Source: Desulfomonilia bacterium (lineage in GTDB: Bacteria; Desulfobacterota; Desulfomonilia; UBA1062). Taken from it: a stretch of 64,000 bases of DNA. Positions within the stretch are counted from its first letter, which is position 1; every line of letters starts with the position of its first letter. The stretch is from NCBI GenBank assembly GCA_050014195.1, contig JBEKDT010000014.1:32001-96000 (forward strand), written 5' to 3'. A model generated the notes under the pieces. It was given only the letters and a program-made list of their open reading frames with translations, was not told the DNA's origin and made no database searches. Of this stretch, positions 47,160 to 56,830 are shown in pieces. Both the position numbers and the translations under genes were made by a program.

Positions 47160-48455
47160 ATGGAGCAGGAAGCAAAAAAGAATTTCAGCTTTGCCAGTAT
47201 TGCCATAAGTTTCTTTATTCTCATTGTGCTTCCCCTTACCATTACCGGCGTAATCATCAGCAAGGGTGTTATTAAGGTGGGTGAGGAGGCAACGCAGGCA
47301 AACTTGCGAATTCTCGACGACAATCAGAAGCTATCCATTGCGGGCAGGGCCCAGAATGTTGCTGATGCTGTAGCCCAGTTTCTCACGGATCGGGAAAAGG
47401 ATATCAGAATAGCTACCATCCTTCCAAGGGACGATCAGTCGTACACCACATTTTTAAAATCCAATACCAGGGGTGTGATAGAGTCTTCCAATGTCGGGAT
47501 CGTGAAGATCCCCGTACCGGTCTATCGGGAGATTGCATTCCTTGACAAAAGCGGTAAAGAGACCATAAAGGTCACGGTCGACGGCGTGGTACCCAAGGAC
47601 AAGCTTAAGGATATGTCCAGTCCTGTTACTGGTGAATTTGGTGCCGAGGATTATTTCCAGAAGGCTAAACAGCTCGCACCGGGAGAAATCTACCTGGGGC
47701 CGGTCGTTGGATCCCATGTCACCAAGCAGGAGTATGACTCTGGCAAACAGTTCAATGGAATCATCAGGATGGCAGCCCCTGTCTTTGATTCCACCGGGTT
47801 TGCAGGTGTGGTGGAGCTTGCCTTGGATTTCAGGCATATCATGGAGTTCACGGATCATATCGTGCCCACTGAACCGGGTATGGTCTTCACCAAGGTAAAC
47901 GCGGATGATACGAACTATACATTCCTCGTAGGACGTGACGGCTCGATTCTTGCTCATCCGGAACAGTACCTTATCAGTGGGCTTGGGCCGGACAAGAAAC
48001 CCGTACCCACGATTGATGATAAGAATTACAATGAATTGATAAAGACCGGGGGCGGCGGCATGAATGTCCTCAATATGGGCTTCATGGATGAAAACCTCCC
48101 CAAGATTCATGCACTGGCCGTTTCCGGAAAGTCCGGATCATTTACCTATACGGTCGACAACAAGAGAATCTTCATAGCATACTCACACATCCCTTATTAT
48201 GGTTCTGTTTACAGCAAACCCGAGGGATTCGGCTGGGTAGGCATGATGATCGATATCGACAAGTACCACAAGCTGAGCGAGGATAAGGTTAAGGATATTC
48301 AACAGAAGGTTGAGCGGTGGCAGAAATCGAGCATCGTTGTGGTGTTCGTATCGCTCATTCTGTTGTTCATCATTGCATTGATCCTTGCACGTGGTCTGTA
48401 CCGGTCAATACAGAAACGCGATGGCGCGGCGCCCCTTGGAGATGATGAGGATTAG
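47160..48455 (+). CDS. Two-TM membrane protein with periplasmic Cache-like domain and no cytoplasmic output domain
   Basis: TM near the N-terminus, YREIAFLD..GKE, DYFQKA, IRMAAPVF, YTFLV..DG.ILAHP, a second TM, then only a ~17-aa tail. Confidence 0.75.
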   Translation: MEQEAKKNFSFASIAISFFILIVLPLTITGVIISKGVIKVGEEATQANLRILDDNQKLSIAGRAQNVADAVAQFLTDREKDIRIATILPRDDQSYTTFLKSNTRGVIESSNVGIVKIPVPVYREIAFLDKSGKETIKVTVDGVVPKDKLKDMSSPVTGEFGAEDYFQKAKQLAPGEIYLGPVVGSHVTKQEYDSGKQFNGIIRMAAPVFDSTGFAGVVELALDFRHIMEFTDHIVPTEPGMVFTKVNADDTNYTFLVGRDGSILAHPEQYLISGLGPDKKPVPTIDDKNYNELIKTGGGGMNVLNMGFMDENLPKIHALAVSGKSGSFTYTVDNKRIFIAYSHIPYYGSVYSKPEGFGWVGMMIDIDKYHKLSEDKVKDIQQKVERWQKSSIVVVFVSLILLFIIALILARGLYRSIQKRDGAAPLGDDED

Positions 48456-48487
48456 GCGCATATAGCAATTAACATGAGTAAGAGAGC

Positions 48488-48541
48488 AGTTGCAGGAGGC
48501 GATGCTTGGGTGTCATCATCAGTCTCCTGCAACTTTTTTTT
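48488..48541 (+). terminator. Rho-independent terminator
   Basis: AGTTGCAGGAG...CTCCTGCAACT followed by a T run. Confidence 0.75.
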
Positions 48542-48592
48542 CGGGTAAGGAATAAAGGCTAGCTCTTTTGAGTTAGGGATAATGGAGGGATT

Positions 48593-49444
48593 ATGTCAGC
48601 CAAGATACTGGAGAAACAACAGTTATCCGAAAGCGTGTTCAAAATGGTTCTCGAAGGCCCGAAGATCGCTAAGAAACGGAAGGCCGGACAGTTCGTGGTC
48701 TTAAGGATACACGAAGAGGGAGAGCGGGTTCCTCTGACCATAGCCGATGCAGACCCGACGAAGGGGACGGTGACGATCATCTTCCAGGTAGTCGGCAAGT
48801 CAACAGGCCTCCTTGCAGACCTCAATGAGGGCGATGTGCTCATGGATCTCGTAGGACCTCTGGGCAAACCCACCCACATCGAGAAGATAGGGACTGTTGC
48901 CTGTATCGGCGGAGGTGTGGGGATCGCACCTGTCTACCCCATCACCCAGGCCATGAGAAATGCAGGCAACCACATCATATCCATCATCGGAGCCCGCACC
49001 AAGGACCTGATCATCATGGAAGACGAGATGAAGGCGGTGTCCGATGAATTCATCGTAGCCACCGACGACGGTTCTTACGGGTACAAGGGCTTCGTCAGTC
49101 AGGCCCTGGAGGATAAATACCTCATGCCCGGCAAGAAGATCGACATGGTGGTAGCCATTGGTCCCGTCCCCATGATGAGGTCGGTCTGCGATACCACCAA
49201 GAAATATAATGTACCTACTGTGGTATCACTGAATTCCATCATGGTCGATGCTACGGGGATGTGCGGTGCGTGCCGGGTAAGTGTAGGCGGCAAGACACAG
49301 TTCGTATGTGTCGACGGCCCCGAGTTCAACGGCCATCAGGTGGATTTCCGGCAGCTCATAGACAGGCAGAGGATTTACCTGACCGAAGAGAAGGAATGCT
49401 ACGATCACTACTGCTCATGCAGACTAGGGAAGGGAGGCAGGTAA
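48593..49444 (+). CDS. nfnA: NADH-dependent reduced ferredoxin:NADP oxidoreductase small subunit (NfnA/SudB)
   Basis: GQFVVLR..GERVPLTIAD, GPLG, GGGVG and MVDATGMCGACRV...CVDGPEF. Confidence 0.9.
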   Translation: MSAKILEKQQLSESVFKMVLEGPKIAKKRKAGQFVVLRIHEEGERVPLTIADADPTKGTVTIIFQVVGKSTGLLADLNEGDVLMDLVGPLGKPTHIEKIGTVACIGGGVGIAPVYPITQAMRNAGNHIISIIGARTKDLIIMEDEMKAVSDEFIVATDDGSYGYKGFVSQALEDKYLMPGKKIDMVVAIGPVPMMRSVCDTTKKYNVPTVVSLNSIMVDATGMCGACRVSVGGKTQFVCVDGPEFNGHQVDFRQLIDRQRIYLTEEKECYDHYCSCRLGKGGR

Positions 49445-49445
49445 C

Positions 49446-50852
49446 GTGGAAATGAAAGACAGACTCAAGATCCTCCGTCAGCCGATGCCGGAGCAGGACC
49501 CAAAGGTTCGTGCGCGCAACTTTGATGAGGTCCCGCTGGGTTATACCCCCGATTTAGCCAAGACAGAGTCGCTTAGGTGCATCCAGTGCAAGAATCCCTC
49601 ATGTGTTGAGGGCTGTCCCGTAGAAGTCGATATCCCCGGTTTCATCTCGCTCGTCATGGATGGGGATTTCATAGGTGCGGCGAAAAAGATCAAAGGTACA
49701 AATGCATTGCCCGCTGTATGCGGCAGGGTATGTCCCCAGGAAGCCCAGTGTGAAAGCAAGTGCGTACGCGGCAAGAAGGGCGAGCCGGTTGCCATCGGCA
49801 GGCTCGAACGGTTCGTAGCGGACTACGAGCGGGCTGCCGGAGAGGTATCCATCCCCGCAAAGGCGACCCCGACCGGCAAGAAGGTGGCTGTTGTCGGTTC
49901 CGGACCTTCAGGTCTCACTGTTGCCGGCGATCTGGTTCAGCTCGGCCATGAGGTCACCATTTTCGAGGCCTTGCACAAGGCAGGAGGAGTTCTTGTCTAC
50001 GGCATCCCCGAGTTCAGGCTCCCCAAGGCCATCGTCGCCGCTGAGGTGGATTACCTCCGGAAGCTGGGGGTCAAGATCGAAACCTCGAGTGTCATAGGCA
50101 AGGTCTCAACCGTAGATGAGCTTTTCGAAGAAGGATATGACGCAGTATATCTCGGCACCGGCGCAGGCCTTCCTACATTCATGAACATTCCGGGAGAGAA
50201 TCTAAACGGTGTCTACTCCGCCAATGAGTATCTCACACGCTCGAACCTTATGAAGGCATATAAATTCCCGGAATACGATACCCCGATCGTCAAGGGCAAG
50301 AACGTCGCAGTCGTCGGCGGCGGGAATGTTGCCATGGACTCTGCGCGCACCGCCATGAGACTCGGTGCGGACCACGTCTACCTCATCTACCGCCGTTCCA
50401 GGGCGGAAATGCCTGCCAGGATCGAGGAGATCCACCATGCAGAGGAAGAGGGTATCGAGCTGCATCTCCTGACCAACCCCATCCGCTATATCGGCAATGA
50501 CAAGGGTTGGGTTGTTGGTGTAGAATGCCTGAAGATGGAATTGGGCGAGCCCGATGAATCAGGGAGGCGCAGGCCTGTACCCATGAAGGGCAGCGAATTC
50601 GTTATCGATATCGACACTGCGGTAATCGCCATCGGTGCAGGTGCGAACCCCCTGGTCCAGAGTACCACACCGGGCCTTAAGACGAACAAGTGGAACTATA
50701 TCGTTGCCGATGAAGAGACTGGACAGACGTCCCGAGAAGGTGTATTTGCAGGCGGCGACATCGTGACCGGTGCGGCCACCGTCATCCTGGCTATGGGTGC
50801 CGGGAGGAAGGCTGCCAAAGCAATTCACCAGTATTTGATGTCAAAGAAATAA
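49446..50852 (+). CDS. nfnB: Nfn large subunit (NfnB/SudA, GltD-like)
   Basis: CIQC...C...CP, CGRVCPQE..C, GSGPSG, GGGNVAMD and FAGGDIVTG, adjacent to nfnA. Confidence 0.9.
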   Translation: MEMKDRLKILRQPMPEQDPKVRARNFDEVPLGYTPDLAKTESLRCIQCKNPSCVEGCPVEVDIPGFISLVMDGDFIGAAKKIKGTNALPAVCGRVCPQEAQCESKCVRGKKGEPVAIGRLERFVADYERAAGEVSIPAKATPTGKKVAVVGSGPSGLTVAGDLVQLGHEVTIFEALHKAGGVLVYGIPEFRLPKAIVAAEVDYLRKLGVKIETSSVIGKVSTVDELFEEGYDAVYLGTGAGLPTFMNIPGENLNGVYSANEYLTRSNLMKAYKFPEYDTPIVKGKNVAVVGGGNVAMDSARTAMRLGADHVYLIYRRSRAEMPARIEEIHHAEEEGIELHLLTNPIRYIGNDKGWVVGVECLKMELGEPDESGRRRPVPMKGSEFVIDIDTAVIAIGAGANPLVQSTTPGLKTNKWNYIVADEETGQTSREGVFAGGDIVTGAATVILAMGAGRKAAKAIHQYLMSKK

Positions 50853-50875
50853 ATGGAGCGAGAGAGGAGAGGGGA

Positions 50876-51244
50876 ATGACCCTTGCGGAGGTAAAAAAGA
50901 TCCTCAATGCTGATGTGATCGTAGGTGAGGACAAGCTTGATATGGAGGTTGAACGGGGTTTTGCCGCAGACCTCATGAGCGATGTGCTCGCCTTTGCAAA
51001 AGAGGGATCAATGCTCCTCACCGGCCTCACAAACCCCTTGGTGGTGCGTACCGCCGATACGCTGGACCTCAAGGTGATCATCTTCGTGCGGGGGAAACGC
51101 CCGGCTCCCGATGCGATCAAACTGGCCCAAGAAAAGAATATTCCCCTGCTCGCCACCCGATACATCCTGTTCGAATCATGCGGGAGGCTCTTCGAGGCGG
51201 GCATGCGCGGATCAGTCCAGAAGGTGGGAGAGTCGCAGGATTAG
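50876..51244 (+). CDS. DRTGG domain protein
   Basis: ADLMSDVLAF, LLTGLTN and IIFVRGK.P motifs. Confidence 0.85.
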   Translation: MTLAEVKKILNADVIVGEDKLDMEVERGFAADLMSDVLAFAKEGSMLLTGLTNPLVVRTADTLDLKVIIFVRGKRPAPDAIKLAQEKNIPLLATRYILFESCGRLFEAGMRGSVQKVGESQD

Positions 51245-51379
51245 CGCCTCTCCCACCATGTTTATCCATACTGTTTTCTTCTTGTTACCCTCATATCTTT
51301 TCGTTTGGTTTATATGTTGCTCTTTACAAATTCAAGTTTAAGTTGGTATAAGTCGATAGGGTAGAGAAGAGGGAACACT

Positions 51380-51688
51380 ATGGCAGGGCCGACTGATATT
51401 TCTACCATACTTTCCCAGACCGGGAGGATTGAGAAGATCAATCAGAATCCCTTTGTCCAGTCTGAGGTCGCGCGGCAGATCCTCACTGAAGAAGAAGCAA
51501 AGGCAAGGCTGCGCAAGAACAAAGAGGTGGCTGAGTCAAAGAAGGCCCAGGAGATATCCGTGCGTGACAAGACAAAAGGGGACCGTGGAAGAGAAAATCC
51601 GAAGGAAAAAACAGCCGAAGCACAGACAACCTCTGAAGAGGACGAAAACTCCAAAGACGAGAAACATATCATCGATGTGGTGGTGTAG
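51380..51688 (+). CDS. Hypothetical protein (flagellar-locus associated)
   Basis: Charged 102-aa ORF with RBS, ending HIIDVVV, first of four tightly spaced genes. Confidence 0.6.
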   Translation: MAGPTDISTILSQTGRIEKINQNPFVQSEVARQILTEEEAKARLRKNKEVAESKKAQEISVRDKTKGDRGRENPKEKTAEAQTTSEEDENSKDEKHIIDVVV

Positions 51689-51690
51689 CA

Positions 51691-52131
51691 TTGCTGCTTC
51701 CTGTTGCTGATCCCATACGGCTCCTCCTCATAGCCCAACTCGTTATCCAGGTAATCCTGATCGCGTTCGTGGTATTCCTCCTTGTTCTCGAAAAACGCAG
51801 AAGGGTGAGGCCTGAGGCACTTGATGAGCTTAAGGCGGTTGTGAGACAGACCAAGGATCTTTCGGATACCTTCCATGGCAATGTGCAGCAGCGGGTTGAC
51901 CTCCTCACCAGGGTCATGAGTGAGTTCGACAGTAAGATTAAGAATGCCGAGATCCTCATAAAGGCCTTGGAAGAGACTGCTGTCAAGGTAAAAAAGGCAA
52001 GGCAATTCAATGCATCGGATGTCCAAAAGCTTCACAGGGGCGGCTTTGAAGCCCTTGAGATCTCCCAGATCACAGGGGTTCCGGTTGGTGAGATTCAGCT
52101 CATGATCAAGGTCGGCAACCCACAGGGCTGA
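51691..52131 (+). CDS. Membrane-anchored coiled-coil protein with C-terminal HTH-like (DUF2802-like) tail
   Basis: N-terminal TM and C-terminal EISQITGVPVGEIQLM. Confidence 0.6.
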   Translation: MLLPVADPIRLLLIAQLVIQVILIAFVVFLLVLEKRRRVRPEALDELKAVVRQTKDLSDTFHGNVQQRVDLLTRVMSEFDSKIKNAEILIKALEETAVKVKKARQFNASDVQKLHRGGFEALEISQITGVPVGEIQLMIKVGNPQG

Positions 52132-52143
52132 ATGTAAGGGATC

Positions 52144-52917
52144 ATGCAAATAATTCCTGCCCAAGTCACTGTCGGCGACATCACTATCCAGGGTAAGATC
52201 CAGGTTCCTTCTCTCGCCATTGGACGGCTGGTCGTGGCAACCGTGCTTTCCAGCCCGAAGGACGGCCTTGTCCTGGTCTCCATGTTCGGCCAGCGTCTCT
52301 TGGTGGAGACAAACCTTGATCTCATGGAGGGTCAGATTCTGAACCTGAGGGTACAGGCTACAAATCCCAAGGTGGTCATGAAGCCGATCGAGTCATTACC
52401 TGAGACCAAGACCGCCCTCAAGCTGATGGATAGCCTTGTAGCGCAGATTGCCGAAAAATTCGGAGATTCGGAGGTCCAGAACTTCGATGCAAAAGAGATC
52501 CTCAAGAAGTTCTTATCCGAATCGCCCAAAGATATGACGACTCTGCAGGCTGCTCTGAAATTTGTTGAAACTTTCTCTCAGCTTCCGCCCAACACTATTG
52601 CTTACCTCCTGATCCCTTTTGTCGACGAGAACTCTCGAGGCAAGGCTCAGGTGACAATAGAAAGGAATGGCCAGGATTACCGGCTCCATTTCGATGTAGA
52701 GACCGATGCCTTGGGCCTCATAGAAAGTACAGTCCTCAGGACCAACAGCGGTATAGCAGTTGAGATCTCTTCCGGTTTAAAGGATGTTGTGGACTTATTG
52801 AAGACACATTTGAAAGAGCTCGCCCAGAACCTTGAACCCTACGGGGTGACGGGCATAGAGATCGTACAGAAGAAACCGCAGGAAGATCAACGATCAGGGG
52901 TGGATGTGGTGGTATGA
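52144..52917 (+). CDS. FliK-like (hook-length control C-terminal-like) hypothetical protein
   Basis: C-terminal LHFDVETDALGLIE...LKELAQNL...GVDVVV pattern, directly upstream of a FlhB-C homolog. Confidence 0.5.
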   Translation: MQIIPAQVTVGDITIQGKIQVPSLAIGRLVVATVLSSPKDGLVLVSMFGQRLLVETNLDLMEGQILNLRVQATNPKVVMKPIESLPETKTALKLMDSLVAQIAEKFGDSEVQNFDAKEILKKFLSESPKDMTTLQAALKFVETFSQLPPNTIAYLLIPFVDENSRGKAQVTIERNGQDYRLHFDVETDALGLIESTVLRTNSGIAVEISSGLKDVVDLLKTHLKELAQNLEPYGVTGIEIVQKKPQEDQRSGVDVVV

Positions 52918-53204
52918 AGGACGAAAACAAAAGTATAAAAAAGGCCATTGCCTTGAAATACGAACGGGGAAAAGACCTGGCACCAAAGGTCAAGGCTAAG
53001 GGCAAGGGGGCCGTGGCTGATAAGATTCTTGCCCTGGCCAGGGAGCACGGGGTCCCCATTGAGAAGGATTCCGCATTGCTGGAAGCGCTCTACCGCCTTG
53101 ATATAAACGAAGAGATCCCCGAGGAGCTCTATCAGGTTGTGGCAGAGCTCCTTGCGTTCATCTATCGAATGAATGCCCTCAAGAAGGGCAGGGCCTCAGG
53201 ATAA
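52914..53204 (+). CDS. FlhB C-terminal-like (EscU/YscU/HrcU switch domain) protein
   Basis: KAIALKY...APKVKAKGKG..A..I...A.EHGVPI...IPEELYQVVAELLAFIY. Confidence 0.92.
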   Translation: MKDENKSIKKAIALKYERGKDLAPKVKAKGKGAVADKILALAREHGVPIEKDSALLEALYRLDINEEIPEELYQVVAELLAFIYRMNALKKGRASG

Positions 53205-53256
53205 TAAATTCACAGTCCAACATTATTTCTGGTAATAATATTTCCAGAGGTTATCA

Positions 53257-53703
53257 GTGAGCAAAGTCTTATCTCATGGAATGATTATTCTTTTATTCTT
53301 TATTCCCGGATGCTGCAGCATTATTAATACGACCAAACAAAACATTGATGTAATCAGCATTCCACCTGGTGCATTGGTTACTGTAAATGGCGTTCAGAAA
53401 GGGGTCACTCCTATAACACTAGAATTGAAACGTAATGGGAATCATAAAATCTCATTAGCAATGGACGGATACCAACCATATGAAATTACTACAATGAGGG
53501 ACCCAAGCTTATGGATATTAGGGGACCTTCTGTTTTTTTTAAGTCTGCCTGTTATTGTCATCGATGCCTTTGATGGGGCAGTTTACAATATTGAACCAAC
53601 TATTATAAAAGCCCAATTACTCAAGATAGATGATGATATAGTGTTTTTAAAACAAGATAAAGAAACACTGGTTAAAGATAATAATTTTTCACGTAATGAA
53701 TAA
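53257..53703 (+). CDS. PEGA domain lipoprotein
   Basis: Lipobox-like PGC and S.PPGALVTVNG..KGVTPI.L.L...GY. AT-rich. Confidence 0.75.
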   Translation: MSKVLSHGMIILLFFIPGCCSIINTTKQNIDVISIPPGALVTVNGVQKGVTPITLELKRNGNHKISLAMDGYQPYEITTMRDPSLWILGDLLFFLSLPVIVIDAFDGAVYNIEPTIIKAQLLKIDDDIVFLKQDKETLVKDNNFSRNE

Positions 53704-53993
53704 ATCGCCTGCATGGCTCCAGTAATATCTTGTGAAAAGAGAAAGAATGTTTTATAGAATTTTGCCAAGGATACATAAGGACTTATGGATCAGAACCAAC
53801 AGTATATGACAAAAACTTATGCTATAAAATAATATCACATGTATCGGAGTTAATATTATTGGTCCCTTGCTTGGCCAGAACCATGAATTATAATAGTAGG
53901 AGTGTTTAATATATTTATATAAACAGAACTGTATACACATAATAAATGGGAAGTTCGGCGGTAAGCCTTAAAATAGTATAGTAAGGAGGGAAA

Positions 53994-54302
53994 ATGAGGA
54001 AAATGTTTATTCTTGTTGTTGTTGCAGTTTGTTTTATCATAACAGGCTGCGCAACTTCGATGCCTGTTGGTTGTCTTTACACAGAGTTGAAACTTCCCGT
54101 AGCAGCAACAGGAGAAGTTACAAAGAACAAGGTAGGTGTAGCTGAATGTACAAGCATCCTTGGCCTTGTGGCTACAGGAGATGCAAGTATTGAGGCAGCC
54201 ATGAAAAACGGTGGAATCACTAAAATCAGCCATGTAGATTGGGAAGCAAAGAATATCCTGGGGATTATTGGTACTTACAAGGTAGTAGTATACGGCCAAT
54301 AG
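53994..54302 (+). CDS. TRL-like family lipoprotein
   Basis: ITGC lipobox and C.SILGLVATGDASIEAAMKNGGITKISHVD. Confidence 0.88.
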   Translation: MRKMFILVVVAVCFIITGCATSMPVGCLYTELKLPVAATGEVTKNKVGVAECTSILGLVATGDASIEAAMKNGGITKISHVDWEAKNILGIIGTYKVVVYGQ

Positions 54303-54328
54303 CATATCTGATCGGACCGTCGAATTTC

Positions 54329-54389
54329 CCCAATAAAGACTTCTGCGAAAACACATTGTTGATGTGTTTTCGCAGAAGTCTTTATTGGG
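54329..54389. repeat. Perfect 28-bp inverted repeat (hairpin / MITE-like scar)
   Basis: CCCAATAAAGACTTCTGCGAAAACACAT-TGTTG-ATGTGTTTTCGCAGAAGTCTTTATTGGG. Confidence 0.85.
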
Positions 54390-54407
54390 ACGTGAACAGT
54401 ATTTCAC

Positions 54408-54434
54408 ACAGGGAACGGTTACGGCCGTTCCCTG
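54408..54434. repeat. REP-like hairpin
   Basis: CAGGGAACGG...CCGTTCCCTG. Confidence 0.5.
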
Positions 54435-54472
54435 ATCATGGTTTCTAATCTCCAAATCTCCCTTTCACAATC

Positions 54473-54724
54473 TTGAAGGCCTCGTCCGCCACCTCAAGAT
54501 TCTATACGCCTGAGAAGCGGCTTGTGGGGATCTCAGAGAATGATTACACCAACAAGACCATAGCGGATTTATACCACGCATCGAAACCCGGGACGGTTTT
54601 TGAAGGCCGGATTAAACTTATCCCCTACAAATATGGTGACGGTCCCACATATAATTATTTGCTGCAGTCAAACAGATTGCTGGTCCATTGTGTTGTTTTA
54701 CAACTTAACCCAATGATACATTGA
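54473..54724 (+). pseudogene. Probable 3' fragment of an unknown gene
   Basis: 83-codon protein-like ORF with a TTG start and no RBS, immediately after the hairpin scars. Confidence 0.3.
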
Positions 54725-54729
54725 TGCTT

Positions 54730-55821
54730 CTATCTGAAGTGTATCACCATGATGTCATTGTCCCTCAGGATGAACTCCTTGCCCTCGATGAGGATAGCGC
54801 CGGCATCACGGGCGCCGTGGATCCCACCATATTTCTGAAAGTCATCGAGTGATATGACATCCGCCTTAATAAAACCCTGCTGGATGTCGGTATGGATAAG
54901 CCCTGCTGCTTCATAAGCAGTGCCGCCTTTCTTTAGGGTCCATGCCCGCAGCTCTTTGCCGACCGGGGTGTAGAAGGTTATGAGATCCAGCAGCTCATAG
55001 CAGGTGCCGATGAGTTCCTGGGTGCCGGATCGCTTGATGCCGACGGATTCCAAAAACTCTTTTCGCTCGGCATCATCGAGCTCCGATGCCTCCAGCTCGA
55101 ACTTTGAACAGACAGGGACGACCTTCTTGCCCTTTTTCTCTCCCCAGGCCTTCAGGTTATCAAGGTGGACCGATCCAATAGTCAGGTCATCCTCCCCGAC
55201 GTTCGCCACGATAATGTAGGGTTTGGCAGTGAGGAGCCCTAACGCCTTCATCTCACCCTGATCAAAGGGGATACCGGTGTCGATGATACAGGAACCCTTA
55301 GTGAGTGCGTCCTGGATGGCTTCCAGATGTTCAATCTCACCTGCAGCAATGTCCTTCTTGCCGAGTTTGAGGCCTTTTTTGAGGTTTTCCAGACGCTTCT
55401 GGACAAGGTCCAGGTCGGCCATGACCAGCTCTGTGAGGATGATCTCAATGTCGTTAACGGGATTGATGTCGGTGTAGACATGGCTGACGTTTGCATCCTG
55501 GAAGCACCTGACCACGTGGATAATGGCATCCACCCCCCTGATCTGGCCCAAGAACTGGTTTCCAAGACCTTCGCCCTTATAAGCCCCTTTGACGAGCCCT
55601 GCGATATCGAAAAGTTTTAATGTGGTAGGAGTTATCTTTTCCGGTTTAATGATCCGGGCAATTGTCTCAAGGTTCTCATCAGGCACATTTACAATCCCGA
55701 TGTTGGGGTCAATGGTGCAGAACGGATAGTTCTCCGCCGGTGCATTTGCCTTGGTGATGAGGTTGAAGAGGGTGGATTTGCCCGCATTAGGCAGTCCGAC
55801 AATGCCGCAGGTAAAGCTCAT
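54730..55821 (-). CDS. ychF: Redox-regulated ATPase YchF
   Basis: GIVGLPNAGKSTLFN, NYPFCTIDPN, DIAGLVKGA..GEGLGNQFL and AAGLIHTD. Confidence 0.96.
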   Translation of the reverse strand: MSFTCGIVGLPNAGKSTLFNLITKANAPAENYPFCTIDPNIGIVNVPDENLETIARIIKPEKITPTTLKLFDIAGLVKGAYKGEGLGNQFLGQIRGVDAIIHVVRCFQDANVSHVYTDINPVNDIEIILTELVMADLDLVQKRLENLKKGLKLGKKDIAAGEIEHLEAIQDALTKGSCIIDTGIPFDQGEMKALGLLTAKPYIIVANVGEDDLTIGSVHLDNLKAWGEKKGKKVVPVCSKFELEASELDDAERKEFLESVGIKRSGTQELIGTCYELLDLITFYTPVGKELRAWTLKKGGTAYEAAGLIHTDIQQGFIKADVISLDDFQKYGGIHGARDAGAILIEGKEFILRDNDIMVIHFR

Positions 55822-55830
55822 ATCAATGCC

Positions 55831-56325
55831 TTAAAGCGCACGGTAATCTATTCGAGCCAGAAACGCCCCCAGCAGATCGCATATCATGGATGCGATGAGC
55901 ATATCATCCTTTGTGAATCCCCCGGCTGCCTTGTCGGCAAGGTTCAAAATGCCGAGAACCTTTTCCTTTTGCCTTATGAGGATGCACATGAACGACTTGG
56001 TGGAATACTTTTCTTTGTTCTGCAGCCCTATCTCCTCCTCGATATCTTTGATGATGAGTGAGCTGTTGCGGGCAAGGGCCAGGTTCATGATGCTGTCCCG
56101 CTGGGAGCCGACCGAGATGAAAGGGTCTTGCCCGATGTCGATGTGGTTATGGGCCTTGATTTCAAGATCCCCGGAGGAGGGGTTTCTCGTGAAGAGCGAG
56201 CAGTATTTGGCATCCAGTACCTTTGGCAGATGATTTACCACGGTGTCGAGTATAGTCGGCAGGTCTTCGGCTTCGTTGAGATATCTGGCCATTTCATAGA
56301 GTGTTTCCAGGTAGGGTCTCTCCAT
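55831..56325 (-). CDS. Stand-alone GAF domain protein
   Basis: CSLF...YSTKSFMCILI...VLGILNLADK...FTKDD. Confidence 0.85.
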   Translation of the reverse strand: MERPYLETLYEMARYLNEAEDLPTILDTVVNHLPKVLDAKYCSLFTRNPSSGDLEIKAHNHIDIGQDPFISVGSQRDSIMNLALARNSSLIIKDIEEEIGLQNKEKYSTKSFMCILIRQKEKVLGILNLADKAAGGFTKDDMLIASMICDLLGAFLARIDYRAL

Positions 56326-56455
56326 AACTCACCTCCATATAAGTAACCTTCTTACCATATCGGCCTTAGGTGAGTCATGTGTGAATATTCATAAATTATG
56401 GTTCATCACAGTAAAGCATACTCGGATCATTGAAGAGCACACAAAAGGGATATTC

Positions 56456-56575
56456 CACCACGAAGGACACGAAGGAAAGAATCCTCTTGAAATCTCTGAC
56501 CGGGGGAAAGGAAGCCAACAACGTCCGTCCTGCAGTTCTTAGATTTTTTTCGTGCTCTTCGTGTCCTTCGTGGTG
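56456..56575. repeat. Element with 19-bp inverted ends made of 9-bp CACGAAG-type units
   Basis: CACCACGAAGGACACGAAG at 56456-56474 and CTTCGTGTCCTTCGTGGTG at 56557-56575. Confidence 0.75.
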
Positions 56576-56830
56576 AGAACAATGGGCTGGGAAGAGGATG
56601 CAAACCATAAAAGTATGCTTCACAGAGAAGAACCTAAATTATTCTATGATAATGGTAGGACCGGATACATCGGTTTTATTGCCTGACGCATCCCTACATT
56701 AATGACCATAATGAGGTCTGAACAAAAAGAATAACAGATATTTGGTGTCTTGCAATTATTTTCCTCTACATCCCTGCTATTAGAGGCTTGACTTTGATAG
56801 GCAGCATAGATGTATAATCCTTAGGGGATA

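Noticed and set aside
49446-50852. Glutamate synthase small subunit (gltD)
   Set aside because: No gltB is adjacent, and pairing with an NfnA/SudB gene indicates Nfn.
53856-54455. 199-aa Cys-rich minus-strand ORF
   Set aside because: It overlaps the TRL lipoprotein antisense and runs through the inverted repeat, so it is an artefact.
56379-56396. Rex-like box TGTGAATATTCATA
   Set aside because: Spacing does not fit TTGTGAA-N4-TTCACAA, and it is not upstream of a redox operon.
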